From a bacterium (GTDB lineage Bacteria; Electryoneota; B3-LCP), in NCBI GenBank assembly GCA_026394195.1, contig JAPKYS010000023.1, positions 540,209 through 604,208 on the forward strand: DNA of 64,000 nt, in the 5' to 3' direction. Below the pieces are notes generated by a model. That model saw only the letters and a program-made list of their open reading frames with translations. It ran no database searches and was not told the origin of the DNA. This document shows positions 1 through 9,812 of the stretch, piece after piece. A program made the position numbers and the translations under genes. The stretch's first letter is position 1; each line of letters begins with the position of its first letter.

Positions 1-324
1 TCTCTCTTCAGGGGATCGATTCGGACTGTTGGTATCAACAAGTACCTCGCTAAAAAACTGAATTTGGTTGGCGCGACAGAATTCTTCAACCAATTTCGCC
101 CGCTCATGCGCTTCGGGGCTATCAGGGTGGTGTATCAGGTGCGCGGCAACGATACCAAATGAACCGGATCTGGAAAGTTTGACGGACAAGTCCAACAGCG
201 ACATGGAATCTGCGCCCCCCGAAACTGCGATCAATAAGAGCGGAGCGGCGTTCGTCCCCTCAATTTGTTTTTCGAGAAAACGTTTTAAACTGTCCTGTAA
301 ATCAACCGGATGCTGTTTTCTCAT
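1..324 (-). CDS. tilS: tRNA(Ile)-lysidine synthase, N-terminal PP-loop part (3' end runs off the left edge)
   Basis: Not in the ORF track. My translation of the minus strand from the ATG at 324-322 gives MRKQHPVDLQDSLKRFLEKQIEGTNAAPLLIAVSGGADSMSLLDL... It stays open to position 1 and carries the SGGxDS PP-loop motif. Confidence 0.7.
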   Translation of the reverse strand, partial: MRKQHPVDLQDSLKRFLEKQIEGTNAAPLLLIAVSGGADSMSLLDLSVKLSRSGSFGIVAAHLIHHPDSPEAHERAKLVEEFCRANQIQFFSEVLVDTNSPNRSPEER

Positions 325-426
325 CTGCGCTGGACAATCTTTGGAAATTTTTTTTCGTATTTCCTATGGCTCAGGTGGTAGTTAACTAATTGGATTGACA
401 ATTCTTTCTCGTTCTATTACCGGACT

Positions 427-486
427 GGGCACAGCTCGCTGTGCCCCTACAAACGCGGCATAGTCGGGGTCGCCCCTGACCCCGAC
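427..486. repeat. Two adjacent GC-rich hairpins (gggcacag-ctcg-ctgtgccc at 427-446; gtcggggtc-gcccct-gaccccgac at 463-486)
   Basis: Perfect 8-bp and 9-bp stems read directly in the divergent tilS/MBL intergenic region. The first resembles the hairpin at 24404-24425, and both are followed by (c)taca. Confidence 0.45.
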
Positions 487-601
487 AGAGGTTAAATTAT
501 CTGGTTAACTTCCAGGTGAAGCAAACGTTAATCACTTGCAAACTTGAGTTAAATTGTTTAACTTATAGATGAAACTGCAGGCTGTAAATTCGAGGTAACC
601 C

Positions 602-1405
602 ATGCGATACGTGCTGCATTTCCTTTTTGCGTTTCTGGCTGTGATCCTGATGATCGAGGTTGCGATGACAAAAGAGAAAAATGACGTCACCATAGAGTGG
701 TACGGACAATCCTGCTTTCTGCTCACGCTCCAGAACGGCTCCAAGATCCTGACCGACCCGTATGATACAACCCGCATTCCTTATAAATTGCCAAAAGAAG
801 GTGTGGATGTGATCTTCTCTACGCACGATCACTTTGATCATAATGCCGTCAATGCCGTTCCTTCGAAATATATTCTGATAGCCAAAGGCAGGGAACCATT
901 TTTCTACGGAGTCAAGCAGGGGAAAACATTCGATAAAGAAGCCGCTCCGACCATCGATCTCAAGGGGATAACCCTGTCATGCTCCACCGTCCCCTCATTC
1001 CATGATGACAACCAGGGAGGTCAACGCGGCGCCAACGGCATCATCCGTTTTACTTTGGATGGGATGGTGTTTGTTCATCTGGGTGATATCGGTGAAAATT
1101 TGACGTCGGAACAGATCCAGAAGTTGAAGCCGGTGGACGTACTCATGATCCCGGTGGGCGGCTACTTCACCATTGAACCAGCGGTGGCACGAGAGATAGT
1201 TGCTGCTCTTGACCCAAAGCTCGTATTACCCATGCATTACAAAACGGATATTTTATCGGTGGGATTCCCTATAGTCGGAGTTGACACCTTCTTGCTGGGA
1301 TACCAGAAGGTCGATCGCTTGCCTTCCAGCGCCATGACAATATCGAAAGAAACCCTCCCCGACACACTTACCGTGGATGTGCTTAAATACCATGGTCAGC
1401 CGTAA
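602..1405 (+). CDS. MBL-fold metal-dependent hydrolase (UPF0173-like)
   Basis: Contains VTIEWYGQSCFLL, FSTHDHFDHN (HxHxDH-type motif) and VHLGDIG. The true start may be the Met at 665 (MTKEKNDVTIEW). Confidence 0.8.
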   Translation: MRYVLHFLFAFLAVILMIEVAMTKEKNDVTIEWYGQSCFLLTLQNGSKILTDPYDTTRIPYKLPKEGVDVIFSTHDHFDHNAVNAVPSKYILIAKGREPFFYGVKQGKTFDKEAAPTIDLKGITLSCSTVPSFHDDNQGGQRGANGIIRFTLDGMVFVHLGDIGENLTSEQIQKLKPVDVLMIPVGGYFTIEPAVAREIVAALDPKLVLPMHYKTDILSVGFPIVGVDTFLLGYQKVDRLPSSAMTISKETLPDTLTVDVLKYHGQP

Positions 1406-4316
1406 CACTATGACGTTATTAAAAAGAATCACCTGCATCTCCATCCTGATCGCTGCTCAGACCGCGAGTGCAGGTGGTGTGCGTATGCATCAACATGCGC
1501 TCTCGCGTTCTTGGCAAGCCATCGAACTTCCGCAAGGCAGCACGCAAAAGGAGATGGTCGAAAATTTTCTATTTCAAAATCGTCAGTTGCTTGGTCAAGC
1601 GGAAGACTCAGAAGCTGTCTTCAAATTGGACGGTATCACTGAGATTGCGGCTGGTCAGCGGTATCTTTATTCCTACCAGGTTCACGGTTTACCGATCTTT
1701 GAAACTCAGCTTGTGCTACTCGTCAAAGGGGAAAAAGTACTGACCCTCTTCAATACGCCTCCGGAAAAAATTATCCGGGCTTCCGTTCCGGCGCTCACTG
1801 CCGCACAAGCGCTCAGCATCGCTGAACGTGCGTTAAAGAATACCCAATTCCGGCGCTCCCCTCAAATTGAGTTGGGTTATACTCCCGGTGGCAGGCTCGT
1901 CTACCGGGTGAAACTGCCCGGACTGGATCCCCCGGCTGATTGGGAAGTCTGGGTTAATGCTGGAAATGGTGAAGTGTTAAAGCAGGTCGATCGCAGGCTG
2001 TTTATAGACGGAACGGGCCGAATATTCAATCCGGACCCCAAGACTGCTACCGGGCTAACGAATTTAACCGACCAGAATGATGCGAATTCCGCCATCCCCG
2101 AAGCGGCTTATAGCATGGTTATCCTGCCACTGCTTTACCCGTCAGTAGGAGGAAATTATTATCTCGACGGCCCCTTCGTCAGTACAGCTTTGACCAACAA
2201 CCGTGCTGGTGAGGTGACTCCGGATTTCGACTACCTTCGAGCTGATGATCGCTTTGAAGAGGTCATGGTCTACTACCACATCAATCGGCAGCAAGTCTAT
2301 TTTCAGGACACCCTCTTAACTCCCAACGCCAATAACCGGCAGCAGGTCTGCAATGTCAATGGCACACCCGATGATAATTCCTGGTTCAGCCCGTTTGATC
2401 ACAGCATCACTTATGGCTACGGCGGCGTCGACGACGCCGAAGATGCGGACGTGATCATCCACGAATACGGTCACGCCGTACAGGATGACGTCTGTCCCAA
2501 TTGGTACGGCGGTCACACCGGGGCTATGGGTGAAGGCTTCGGAGATTTTCTGGCGGGCGTTTACAGCCTTGCGGTGAATCCGACTTTTCAGCCGAATTGG
2601 GTTTTCAATTGGGATGGTCATAACGAATTCTGGGGTGGGCGAATCCTCAACGCTCCCTATCACTATCCTGAAAATGCCAACGGAGAAGTGCATGATTCCG
2701 GGCAGCTCTGGTCTGCCGGACTCATGGACGTCTGGTGGGAGATGTCAGACAGGATCGCTTGGGAAAGAATCGTCTTGCAGCACCATTTTCTCTTGGGCGC
2801 AGGAGCCACCATGGCGGACGCGGCCGAAGCCATCCTGGCGACGGAATCGACGCTCTATGGAGGCATCTACCGACAGATTATAGTAGATCATTTCAACCAG
2901 AGGGGTTTTATCAATTCTGCCAATTATTATCCAGCTATCGTTTCGGCTCCATTGCCTGATAGCGAGGACACCCTGCAGACGACATTCGTAATAACTGCCG
3001 TTATAACCTCTGCAACACCCCTTGATATCAACTCTTTCCAGCTATTTTGGCGCGCAGATCAAAATCCATATCAGTCCATCCAATTAGAGCCGACAGGTTC
3101 ACCCAGCGAATATTACGGCAATATTCCCGGACCATTTAGTGGCAATCTCATCAGCTATTACTTGACTGCGGCAGATACATTTGGATTAGCATCGATGCTG
3201 CCGGATAGCGCACCCAGTCAACCCTTCCAATTCTATGTGGGACCTGATCCCTACCCCCCGCATGTCGTCTGGGTCGATTCACTCGGTCCGACGGTATTCA
3301 CCACGTTGACAAAGCCCGTAAGAGCTTTGGTAACAGATAATCTGGGCATCGAAACCGTCGAATTGTTCTGGAGAACCGTTCCCGAGGAGTGGCAAAGCCT
3401 CCCCATGCAAACTGCCTCACAGGATACATTTACCGGAGCGCTGACTTATTCAAATCAAGACTTCAATCAAACGATCGAATACTTCGTTCATGCCGTCGAT
3501 GCCTCCAGCCGTCACAATAGCATCAATAGCTCGATAAAAAGCTTCCCCATAACCACCAGCATCTCTTTGGAAGATTTTGAAGGACCTCTGGGCTTTTGGA
3601 GTTTCAATGGTCAGTGGGGACTCACCTCGCAGTTCGCTCATAGCGGCAGTAATGCCATCGAAGACAGCCCAAATCAACCCTATCAACCGAACTCAAACAG
3701 CTGGGCTCAGTGGGGTGAATCCTGGGACCTCTCAAACTTGACGCGGATCTCGATCACCTTCTGGGAAATGACGCTGCTGGAAGATGGACACGATTGGGGT
3801 TATTTCGAAGTGTCCGCAGATGAAGGACCCTGGCAAATCCTCTATCAGGTCACTGGAGTCGAGGCGAATTGGCATCAGCGGGAGGTATTACTGGACGATT
3901 TCTGCGGTGGAGTTTGCCACTCGCTCAGGTTCAGGTTCCGCACTCAAACCGATCAAGGAGGAAATCTGTTGGGGTGGTGCGTTGATGACCTGGGGGTCTT
4001 CACCGAAGTCATCGTGCCGGTGACACCGGTTACTCAACCAGCTAAACTGCCGGATCACTATGCGCTGAGCTCCCCTGCACCGAACCCCTTCAACGCCCAA
4101 ACCATCATTCATTTCGATCTGCCGGTGAGCTCGAGCGTTACCATGAACGTCTATAATTCCCGGGGACAGTTAGTTTCCAGCATTCTGGACAACTACTTAG
4201 AGGCTGGCGAACACCAGGTGACCTGGTATGGTGACAATTTGAGTTCGGGCATATACTTCTGCCAAATGCAGGCAGGGTCATTCAAAGCGATCAGGAAAGT
4301 GGTATTGTTGAAGTAA
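1377..4316 (+). CDS. Secreted zinc metalloprotease (fungalysin/M36-like HExxH) with MAM-like domain and T9SS C-terminal sorting domain
   Basis: HEYGH at 2460-2474 is followed by GEGFGDFLAG. A signal peptide MTLLKRITCISILIAAQTASA suggests a likely start at 1410. The C-terminus PNPFNAQTIIHFDL...SGIYFCQMQAG...VVLLK is a typical Por/FlgD-Ig-like CTD. Confidence 0.75.
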   Translation: MCLNTMVSRNTMTLLKRITCISILIAAQTASAGGVRMHQHALSRSWQAIELPQGSTQKEMVENFLFQNRQLLGQAEDSEAVFKLDGITEIAAGQRYLYSYQVHGLPIFETQLVLLVKGEKVLTLFNTPPEKIIRASVPALTAAQALSIAERALKNTQFRRSPQIELGYTPGGRLVYRVKLPGLDPPADWEVWVNAGNGEVLKQVDRRLFIDGTGRIFNPDPKTATGLTNLTDQNDANSAIPEAAYSMVILPLLYPSVGGNYYLDGPFVSTALTNNRAGEVTPDFDYLRADDRFEEVMVYYHINRQQVYFQDTLLTPNANNRQQVCNVNGTPDDNSWFSPFDHSITYGYGGVDDAEDADVIIHEYGHAVQDDVCPNWYGGHTGAMGEGFGDFLAGVYSLAVNPTFQPNWVFNWDGHNEFWGGRILNAPYHYPENANGEVHDSGQLWSAGLMDVWWEMSDRIAWERIVLQHHFLLGAGATMADAAEAILATESTLYGGIYRQIIVDHFNQRGFINSANYYPAIVSAPLPDSEDTLQTTFVITAVITSATPLDINSFQLFWRADQNPYQSIQLEPTGSPSEYYGNIPGPFSGNLISYYLTAADTFGLASMLPDSAPSQPFQFYVGPDPYPPHVVWVDSLGPTVFTTLTKPVRALVTDNLGIETVELFWRTVPEEWQSLPMQTASQDTFTGALTYSNQDFNQTIEYFVHAVDASSRHNSINSSIKSFPITTSISLEDFEGPLGFWSFNGQWGLTSQFAHSGSNAIEDSPNQPYQPNSNSWAQWGESWDLSNLTRISITFWEMTLLEDGHDWGYFEVSADEGPWQILYQVTGVEANWHQREVLLDDFCGGVCHSLRFRFRTQTDQGGNLLGWCVDDLGVFTEVIVPVTPVTQPAKLPDHYALSSPAPNPFNAQTIIHFDLPVSSSVTMNVYNSRGQLVSSILDNYLEAGEHQVTWYGDNLSSGIYFCQMQAGSFKAIRKVVLLK

Positions 4317-4344
4317 ATCGGCAGTACTGCCACTCGACGATAAA

Positions 4345-4399
4345 AAAAGGATCAGTCTCACGGTGACATGCCACCGGGAAACTGATCCTTCTTATTTTT
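4345..4399. terminator. Bidirectional rho-independent terminator between the protease gene and rpsU
   Basis: The aggatcagt (about 4348-4357) / actgatcctt (4381-4390) stem is flanked by an A-run upstream and cttattttt downstream. Confidence 0.55.
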
Positions 4400-4472
4400 G
4401 ACGAACAGAAAATCTACGCTGACACTGGTTCCGGAAGTCGATGGAGACGCCAGTTCGCGAATCGGACCCGTT

Positions 4473-4673
4473 CTATTGCTCGTTTAAGATTCGCATCAGC
4501 TTGCGCATTTTGCGGCGAGCCTGATTGCTCTTGCGTTTGCGGGCTTCAGAGGGTTTCTCATAACGTTGATGCTTGCGGATTTCGGCCATCAAACCGGATT
4601 TTTCGCACGATTTGGTAAAACGCCGAAAGGCTCGCTCAAAGGGTTCATTATCGCGGACTTTAACGTAAGTCAT
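4473..4673 (-). CDS. rpsU: 30S ribosomal protein S21
   Basis: [28 protein letters not shown]...RYEKPSE.RKRK is the canonical S21 sequence and length. Confidence 0.95.
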   Translation of the reverse strand: MTYVKVRDNEPFERAFRRFTKSCEKSGLMAEIRKHQRYEKPSEARKRKSNQARRKMRKLMRILNEQ

Positions 4674-4793
4674 AGTAACTGGGATACTCCTCGATTTGTG
4701 CTTTTGACTTGATTGAAGATTAGAAATATACGAATAAAGTTATCGAAAATCAAGCCTTTTCGCGAATTATTGTTGAATATCGAATCTCAATCT

Positions 4794-5135
4794 CTACCCG
4801 GGCGGCCAGGACATAACCCGTCCTCCCAGTATATGGAGATGGATGTGGAAGATCTCCTGCCCCGCATTCCGCTTGCAGTTGAAAACCAGTCGGAAGCCAT
4901 CGACGTCTACTCCCTCCTGTTTGGCCAAACGATTGGCTAAAAGAATCATCTTGCCGGCCAATTCGCTGTCATCTTGACGGAGCTCCAGGATGGTCTCAAT
5001 GTGTCGAACCGGAATAATGAGCAAATGAACCGGCGCCTGGGGTCGAATGTCACGAAAGGCGACCAGATCAGCATCTCGATGGACGACGTCGGCAGGTATT
5101 TCTCCATTGGCGATCTTACAAAATAGACAAGCCAT
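4794..5135 (-). CDS. HIT (histidine triad) family nucleotide hydrolase
   Basis: CLFCKIANGEIPA N-terminus and the HIHLHILGG histidine triad. Confidence 0.9.
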   Translation of the reverse strand: MACLFCKIANGEIPADVVHRDADLVAFRDIRPQAPVHLLIIPVRHIETILELRQDDSELAGKMILLANRLAKQEGVDVDGFRLVFNCKRNAGQEIFHIHLHILGGRVMSWPPG

Positions 5136-5164
5136 CGCTTCTACTCCTTCCTGGGAGATAATTA

Positions 5165-5869
5165 TTAAGTCTTTAAGGCCATAGCTTGAGCCAACGCCAC
5201 GATGGCGGCGATTTCTGAACGCAGACGCCGGGGACCCAGAGAAAATCGCTTAACCTTGATCTGGAAAAGCAGCTCCCTTTCAGGTTGTGCCAACCCGGCT
5301 TCAGGTCCTATCACCAGCAAACAATCCGGCGGCAGGGTCTCCAGAGTGGCTCCTTCCGGATCAGCGAGAAAGATCGCCTCAGGAGAGAACTTGGTGATCA
5401 GTTCGCTTAAGGGATAAGGACCGTAAATTTCTGTCAATTTACTGCCGCCGCATTGCTTGAGAATCTCAACAGCTTTACGTTCAGCTTTTTCCTTGCGTTG
5501 AGTGGTCCAGCTTACGACTGCATTCTGAAAGTCGATCAAATAGATACGGTTCACACCCAATTCACATCCAGTTTCCAGCGCCAGTTGCCAGCGGTCTGCT
5601 TTCAAACAGGGAAGCGCTATTGCTACAGGTAGTATTGGCTCTGGCTCATGGCAGTACGAGTCCACGATGGTCCCCAACCTCCTGCCTTGGATTTCATCCC
5701 CCAGTCTGACCTTATAGTACCACCCTCTGCCGTCGACCACTTCAATGATCTCTGATCTCGGAATTCGCAAGACAACGCTGATATGATGAGTTTCGGATTG
5801 GCTGAAGCGGACTTCTTTATCCTGAATCTCAGCCCGGTCGAGAAAGAAAGTGAATTGGTGCTTTGGCAT
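5165..5869 (-). CDS. rsmE: 16S rRNA (uracil1498-N3)-methyltransferase
   Basis: The N-terminal PUA-like region (ETHHISVVLRI) and C-terminal SPOUT region (LLVIGPEAGL...LGPRRLRSEIAA) are typical of RsmE. Confidence 0.85.
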   Translation of the reverse strand: MPKHQFTFFLDRAEIQDKEVRFSQSETHHISVVLRIPRSEIIEVVDGRGWYYKVRLGDEIQGRRLGTIVDSYCHEPEPILPVAIALPCLKADRWQLALETGCELGVNRIYLIDFQNAVVSWTTQRKEKAERKAVEILKQCGGSKLTEIYGPYPLSELITKFSPEAIFLADPEGATLETLPPDCLLVIGPEAGLAQPERELLFQIKVKRFSLGPRRLRSEIAAIVALAQAMALKT

Positions 5870-5879
5870 AAGTCCTTAC

Positions 5880-7205
5880 CTAAAACGAAATGCCTACTTT
5901 CCAGGTAAACAGCACATCCGCAAATGAATATTTGGGATTCCACGAACACTCAAGCCGGATCACGTCCACATAGGGCAAGCGCAGAATTAATCCCCCGCCG
6001 TATCCCCACATCAGCGAGCTGGAAGTTATTTCTGTCCCTTTATTATACACGTCACCTGCATCTACAAATACTTCAGCCGCCAAGCCATAGCGCAGATTGG
6101 TAAAATACTGCTTGAAATAGGGCGCATCCTGCCAGGTAAAGTAGTGTAACGGGAACAGCACGATCCGAGTTTCAAGCGACGTCAGAACCAATGATTTCCC
6201 CTCGTCGCAGAGTCGAAAACTGCGGATGGGTGTGGAATCTTCGACGATATACCAATCATAAGGAGCGATTTCGCCCCATCCGGGCTGCCAGGCGAGGCGC
6301 GCACAGAGTGAAGTGCGGCGATAGGGGACGTAAACCCTAAAATCCTCAATAAGACGGCTGAATTGATGATCGCTGTTGAGTATCCAACCGTGGGAAAAGC
6401 GGCTCAAACCATAAAATCCCCGCCGGGGAAACTGCCATAAATCTCTACCGTCCCAAATGACCCCAAAATTAGCTTCGAGGATCTGGTCGACCGCGCCGGA
6501 GGTAGCCAATTGTTGGGAATTATCCGCCTGAATGAGCCGAAAACGCACACCGACCTGCCCACTGAATTCCAGGGTCCAACGCTTGCCTACCGTTGCCTCT
6601 GCAACGGTTTGGCGATGTTCCAAGCCTTGGTCATGTACCGCCAAGTTACGGCTCGCCTGTGTAATCTGATAGACATTTATCGATCTCGACAGCGCCGGCG
6701 TCCCTTTCATCCAGGGGTTGACGTGTGAGAAGGCGAAACCATGGTTTTCACCACCCCAGAGGCTGCCGGAGAATGATTCAGCCCGCCCGCGAAAATTCTT
6801 CTGAAGATACCTGAAGCCATAGATTAATTTCGGCGGTTTCTGATCCGTTAACTGCCAGTAAGGCAGTGGGAAGATGTACCACTCTTCGGTCACCTTTATG
6901 GTTAGAATGCTGCTGATGTCTTCACGACTTAAGAGAAATTCCACTCGCCCGAACAAGTTAAGACCCTGCACCCTCAAGCGATCCCGCTCCAGAACTGTTT
7001 CAGTAACCAGCATCCCCGGCTTAATCTTCATTTCACGCAGGATTATCTCATTCTGAGTAATCTCATTGCCGGTTATCAAAATCTCCTTGATGGGGAAATT
7101 GAGCGCAGAAGAATCCGGAATACTCACCTGTGCTGCGAGCATTCCAGCACAAACGAGGACGAGAAGCATTACAGCGCCAAAAAAACTCGAGAATCGTGCG
7201 TTCAT
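5880..7205 (-). CDS. Omp85/BamA-family outer-membrane protein with a single POTRA domain
   Basis: Signal peptide, a POTRA-like IKEILITGNEITQNEIILREMKIKPGM...RLRVQGLNLF, and a beta-barrel ending in ...TWKVGISF (terminal-Phe beta-signal). The ATG at 7205 forms an ATGA overlap with the upstream stop; the track start 7211 is GTG. Confidence 0.7.
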   Translation of the reverse strand: MNARFSSFFGAVMLLVLVCAGMLAAQVSIPDSSALNFPIKEILITGNEITQNEIILREMKIKPGMLVTETVLERDRLRVQGLNLFGRVEFLLSREDISSILTIKVTEEWYIFPLPYWQLTDQKPPKLIYGFRYLQKNFRGRAESFSGSLWGGENHGFAFSHVNPWMKGTPALSRSINVYQITQASRNLAVHDQGLEHRQTVAEATVGKRWTLEFSGQVGVRFRLIQADNSQQLATSGAVDQILEANFGVIWDGRDLWQFPRRGFYGLSRFSHGWILNSDHQFSRLIEDFRVYVPYRRTSLCARLAWQPGWGEIAPYDWYIVEDSTPIRSFRLCDEGKSLVLTSLETRIVLFPLHYFTWQDAPYFKQYFTNLRYGLAAEVFVDAGDVYNKGTEITSSSLMWGYGGGLILRLPYVDVIRLECSWNPKYSFADVLFTWKVGISF

Positions 7206-9076
7206 CGCCACACAGCCCTCAATTCAAGGTTGACGATGGTATAGTTCTCCCGATTCCATTCATGTACCCAGGAAAAGTCTCCATTCATCTCCATCCGTAA
7301 TCCTGATGATGCAGGATACATCAATTGCAGGAGCGGCCCCCACCTCGAGAGATAGAGAAATGGCGTTTTAACATTCCCCTGACCGGTTTGCAGAGTGTAT
7401 TGCCACCCCTTACGTTCATAGAAAGACAGGCCGGTATTGATGATTATCCCTGACTGACTGCGGCGATTAACCACAAATGCCAACTGCTGAGTGTGATATT
7501 GTTCTGAAAGTTGTTGGATCCAATCATTCCACAGAAATCGTCCTCCATCTTCAAGATCAAGGATGTATTCCAGCGATATTGACCAACCCGTCGATGGCTC
7601 CCAACTGATTGAGTCATTGGCGGTATAGCGGCGGTATATGGTGCTCTTGATGAAAGCTGGATCGAATTCAAAATCATAGTCTGTAGTATTGGCGACTATT
7701 TCAAAGCGAGCCAGGTTGCCGACATGACGGTAAGGGATGAAAAAGACCTCCGGACTGAGCTTAAAGATACGATTCCAATGGTTTTGGTCGCTTTTTTCGC
7801 CGTAGATGTAGACCAGATGTTCCATGGTAACCTGCGTGCGGGTTGAAATCGTGAAAAAGTGGGAAAACCCATGCCAATAGCGCAAATCAAATTCATAGCG
7901 CAGGCGGTCGCGATCATCGTAGTTTGCGGTATCAGAGGTATCGTATTGCCGCTTTCGCACCGCAGTTTGAAAAGATAGCGAATCCATCTGCTGCACCTGC
8001 CAGGCGATTCCACCTTCCAGGGACGTACCACGTTCACGCTTCAAACCCGTCGCATCCTCTTGCAGACCCCAATCCATGTTTAATTTTGACCAGCCTACAG
8101 TCTTCGAGCCTCTGGTTTGCAGTGTGAAACCGTTAGCAGTATTGACCTCCTTCCGTGTAGCTTCTGCCACAGGTGATTGATCTTGATGCGTGGACCCTCT
8201 GACTTCCGTGTCCACCAGTAATCCCAACCTTGGAGACAGGTCGTAACTTAATCGATTCATCAGACTCTGTTCACTGTCCGTTCTGGTGCCGATGGAATTA
8301 CCGTTGATGACGTGATAATCATGCGCTTTGCTGCGGTAATACACAGATAGCCGATCAGCGCTCTGTTCAGTAAAACGCTTGTCCATATTTAAGGTTACAC
8401 GACCTTCCAGATTCTGGCGGGCGCCCAACTCTTCACGTTCCAGATACACCTCAAAATCGTTTCTAAATCCTTTATAAACAAGGTCACTTAGTTCTGCGGT
8501 AAAAGAGGCGGATAGACCTTTTTCGTCGAAACCCTCCCTCCGTTCCCACTGTTGCCCGCCAACCAGGGATAGCTTCAAAGACTTTAGGGGCTGGTAAGCG
8601 CCGCCAATCCCAACCAGTGAGCGTTCAATACGCTGCATAGGTTTAGGGGACACACCTGAGGAGACCATCGGAGACAGATTGGTGGGAAGTGGGATGAGTT
8701 GTTCTTGGAGTGGGGATGGGCCCGTGAAATTTTCGAAGGAGTAATAATCTCCCTGAATTATCGCCAGTAGATCGAGATCTCGACGCAGTGATCGGGTAAT
8801 ATGTCCGGTGAAATCGCCGCTGGATCGAAAATCTCCCTGAGACTCCAATGATCTGCGATAGAGTCCGTCAAATCTGCCCTGCCAGGTGGTGTTAACCGCA
8901 TTATTCCGGACTCCGAGAAAAAATGCGGAACCCCCTCCCATTTCATTCAATCCGTGATATGCGCGTACCGCCAGCGAATCGGAAGTTTCCCCAAATGAGT
9001 TCCGAAATTGAATTCCGACGCCAAGCGCCACCAGAAGCGCGGTATACGTCCACTTGAGTGCTTTAGGTCGCACCAT
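7202..9076 (-). CDS. Hypothetical secreted protein, probable outer-membrane beta-barrel
   Basis: A 624-aa ORF with an N-terminal signal-like segment and a strongly alternating aromatic/polar pattern. I recognise no family motif. It overlaps both neighbours (14 nt and 4 nt). Confidence 0.55.
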   Translation of the reverse strand: MVRPKALKWTYTALLVALGVGIQFRNSFGETSDSLAVRAYHGLNEMGGGSAFFLGVRNNAVNTTWQGRFDGLYRRSLESQGDFRSSGDFTGHITRSLRRDLDLLAIIQGDYYSFENFTGPSPLQEQLIPLPTNLSPMVSSGVSPKPMQRIERSLVGIGGAYQPLKSLKLSLVGGQQWERREGFDEKGLSASFTAELSDLVYKGFRNDFEVYLEREELGARQNLEGRVTLNMDKRFTEQSADRLSVYYRSKAHDYHVINGNSIGTRTDSEQSLMNRLSYDLSPRLGLLVDTEVRGSTHQDQSPVAEATRKEVNTANGFTLQTRGSKTVGWSKLNMDWGLQEDATGLKRERGTSLEGGIAWQVQQMDSLSFQTAVRKRQYDTSDTANYDDRDRLRYEFDLRYWHGFSHFFTISTRTQVTMEHLVYIYGEKSDQNHWNRIFKLSPEVFFIPYRHVGNLARFEIVANTTDYDFEFDPAFIKSTIYRRYTANDSISWEPSTGWSISLEYILDLEDGGRFLWNDWIQQLSEQYHTQQLAFVVNRRSQSGIIINTGLSFYERKGWQYTLQTGQGNVKTPFLYLSRWGPLLQLMYPASSGLRMEMNGDFSWVHEWNRENYTIVNLELRAVWR

Positions 9077-9812
9077 CGCCAGGCATCGTGGTGGAATTGG
9101 CAGCAGCTGCTAGATGACTCGGTGGTTTTTCCTGAATAACCTGCTCCGGAGGGATCATCCCCCCCGAGATGATTAGTTTGATCGCCTCTTCGTTGCTCAT
9201 TTCGATTTCGTGAACTTGTGAGACGGGAACGAACAGTAGAAACCCGGTTGTAGGGTTGGGTGTGGAGGGCAGAAAGAGGGGCAGGCATTTTTCACCGGTG
9301 ACTTCATCAACCTTCTCTGAGGTGTGCTGCGTTCTGAAGGCGAGCGAATAAATTCCCGGACGCGGGTATTCAATCAAGACTGGGCTGTGAAAAGCCTGAT
9401 TTTTGTTGGAAAACAACGCTTCAGAAATTTGCCGAAGGGTCTTATAAATGGTTTTAATAATGGGTATGCGATCGATGAGGAGATTAAACCAGGAGAGCAG
9501 ACGTTTTCCAATAATATTTCGGGCGATTGATCCGGTAATCACGATGATTAGGATCAGGGTGAAAATTCCAAGTCCATAGAGGATTTTATCTTCGCTTAGT
9601 GGGAGGTTTAACGCTGAAACCAGCGCTCGCGTAGCCAACCGATTCAGGATTCCATCAATAACCAGGAACAAGCGCGTTAAAATTACATAGGTCAAATAGA
9701 GCGGCAGAAGGATCAAGACTCCAGTGAGGAAGTTGGCTCTGAATTTATGCCAGAACCCGTTCCTGATCAACTGAAATCCAGCATTCTCTTGACTGCGGTG
9801 TAGGCTCGGCAT
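9063..9812 (-). CDS. DUF502 family membrane protein
   Basis: FLTGVLILLPLYLT, DRIPIIKTIYKTLRQI and LPSTPNPTTGFLLFVP are characteristic of DUF502. An alternative TTG start at 9770 would give a TTGA overlap with the nadA stop. Confidence 0.8.
   Translation of the reverse strand: MPSLHRSQENAGFQLIRNGFWHKFRANFLTGVLILLPLYLTYVILTRLFLVIDGILNRLATRALVSALNLPLSEDKILYGLGIFTLILIIVITGSIARNIIGKRLLSWFNLLIDRIPIIKTIYKTLRQISEALFSNKNQAFHSPVLIEYPRPGIYSLAFRTQHTSEKVDEVTGEKCLPLFLPSTPNPTTGFLLFVPVSQVHEIEMSNEEAIKLIISGGMIPPEQVIQEKPPSHLAAAANSTTMPGDGAT

Noticed and set aside
68-385. 105-aa plus-strand ORF from the track
   Set aside because: It lies antisense to a much better minus-strand reading frame with the TilS PP-loop (SGGADS). 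Its own sequence is low-complexity with no motif.
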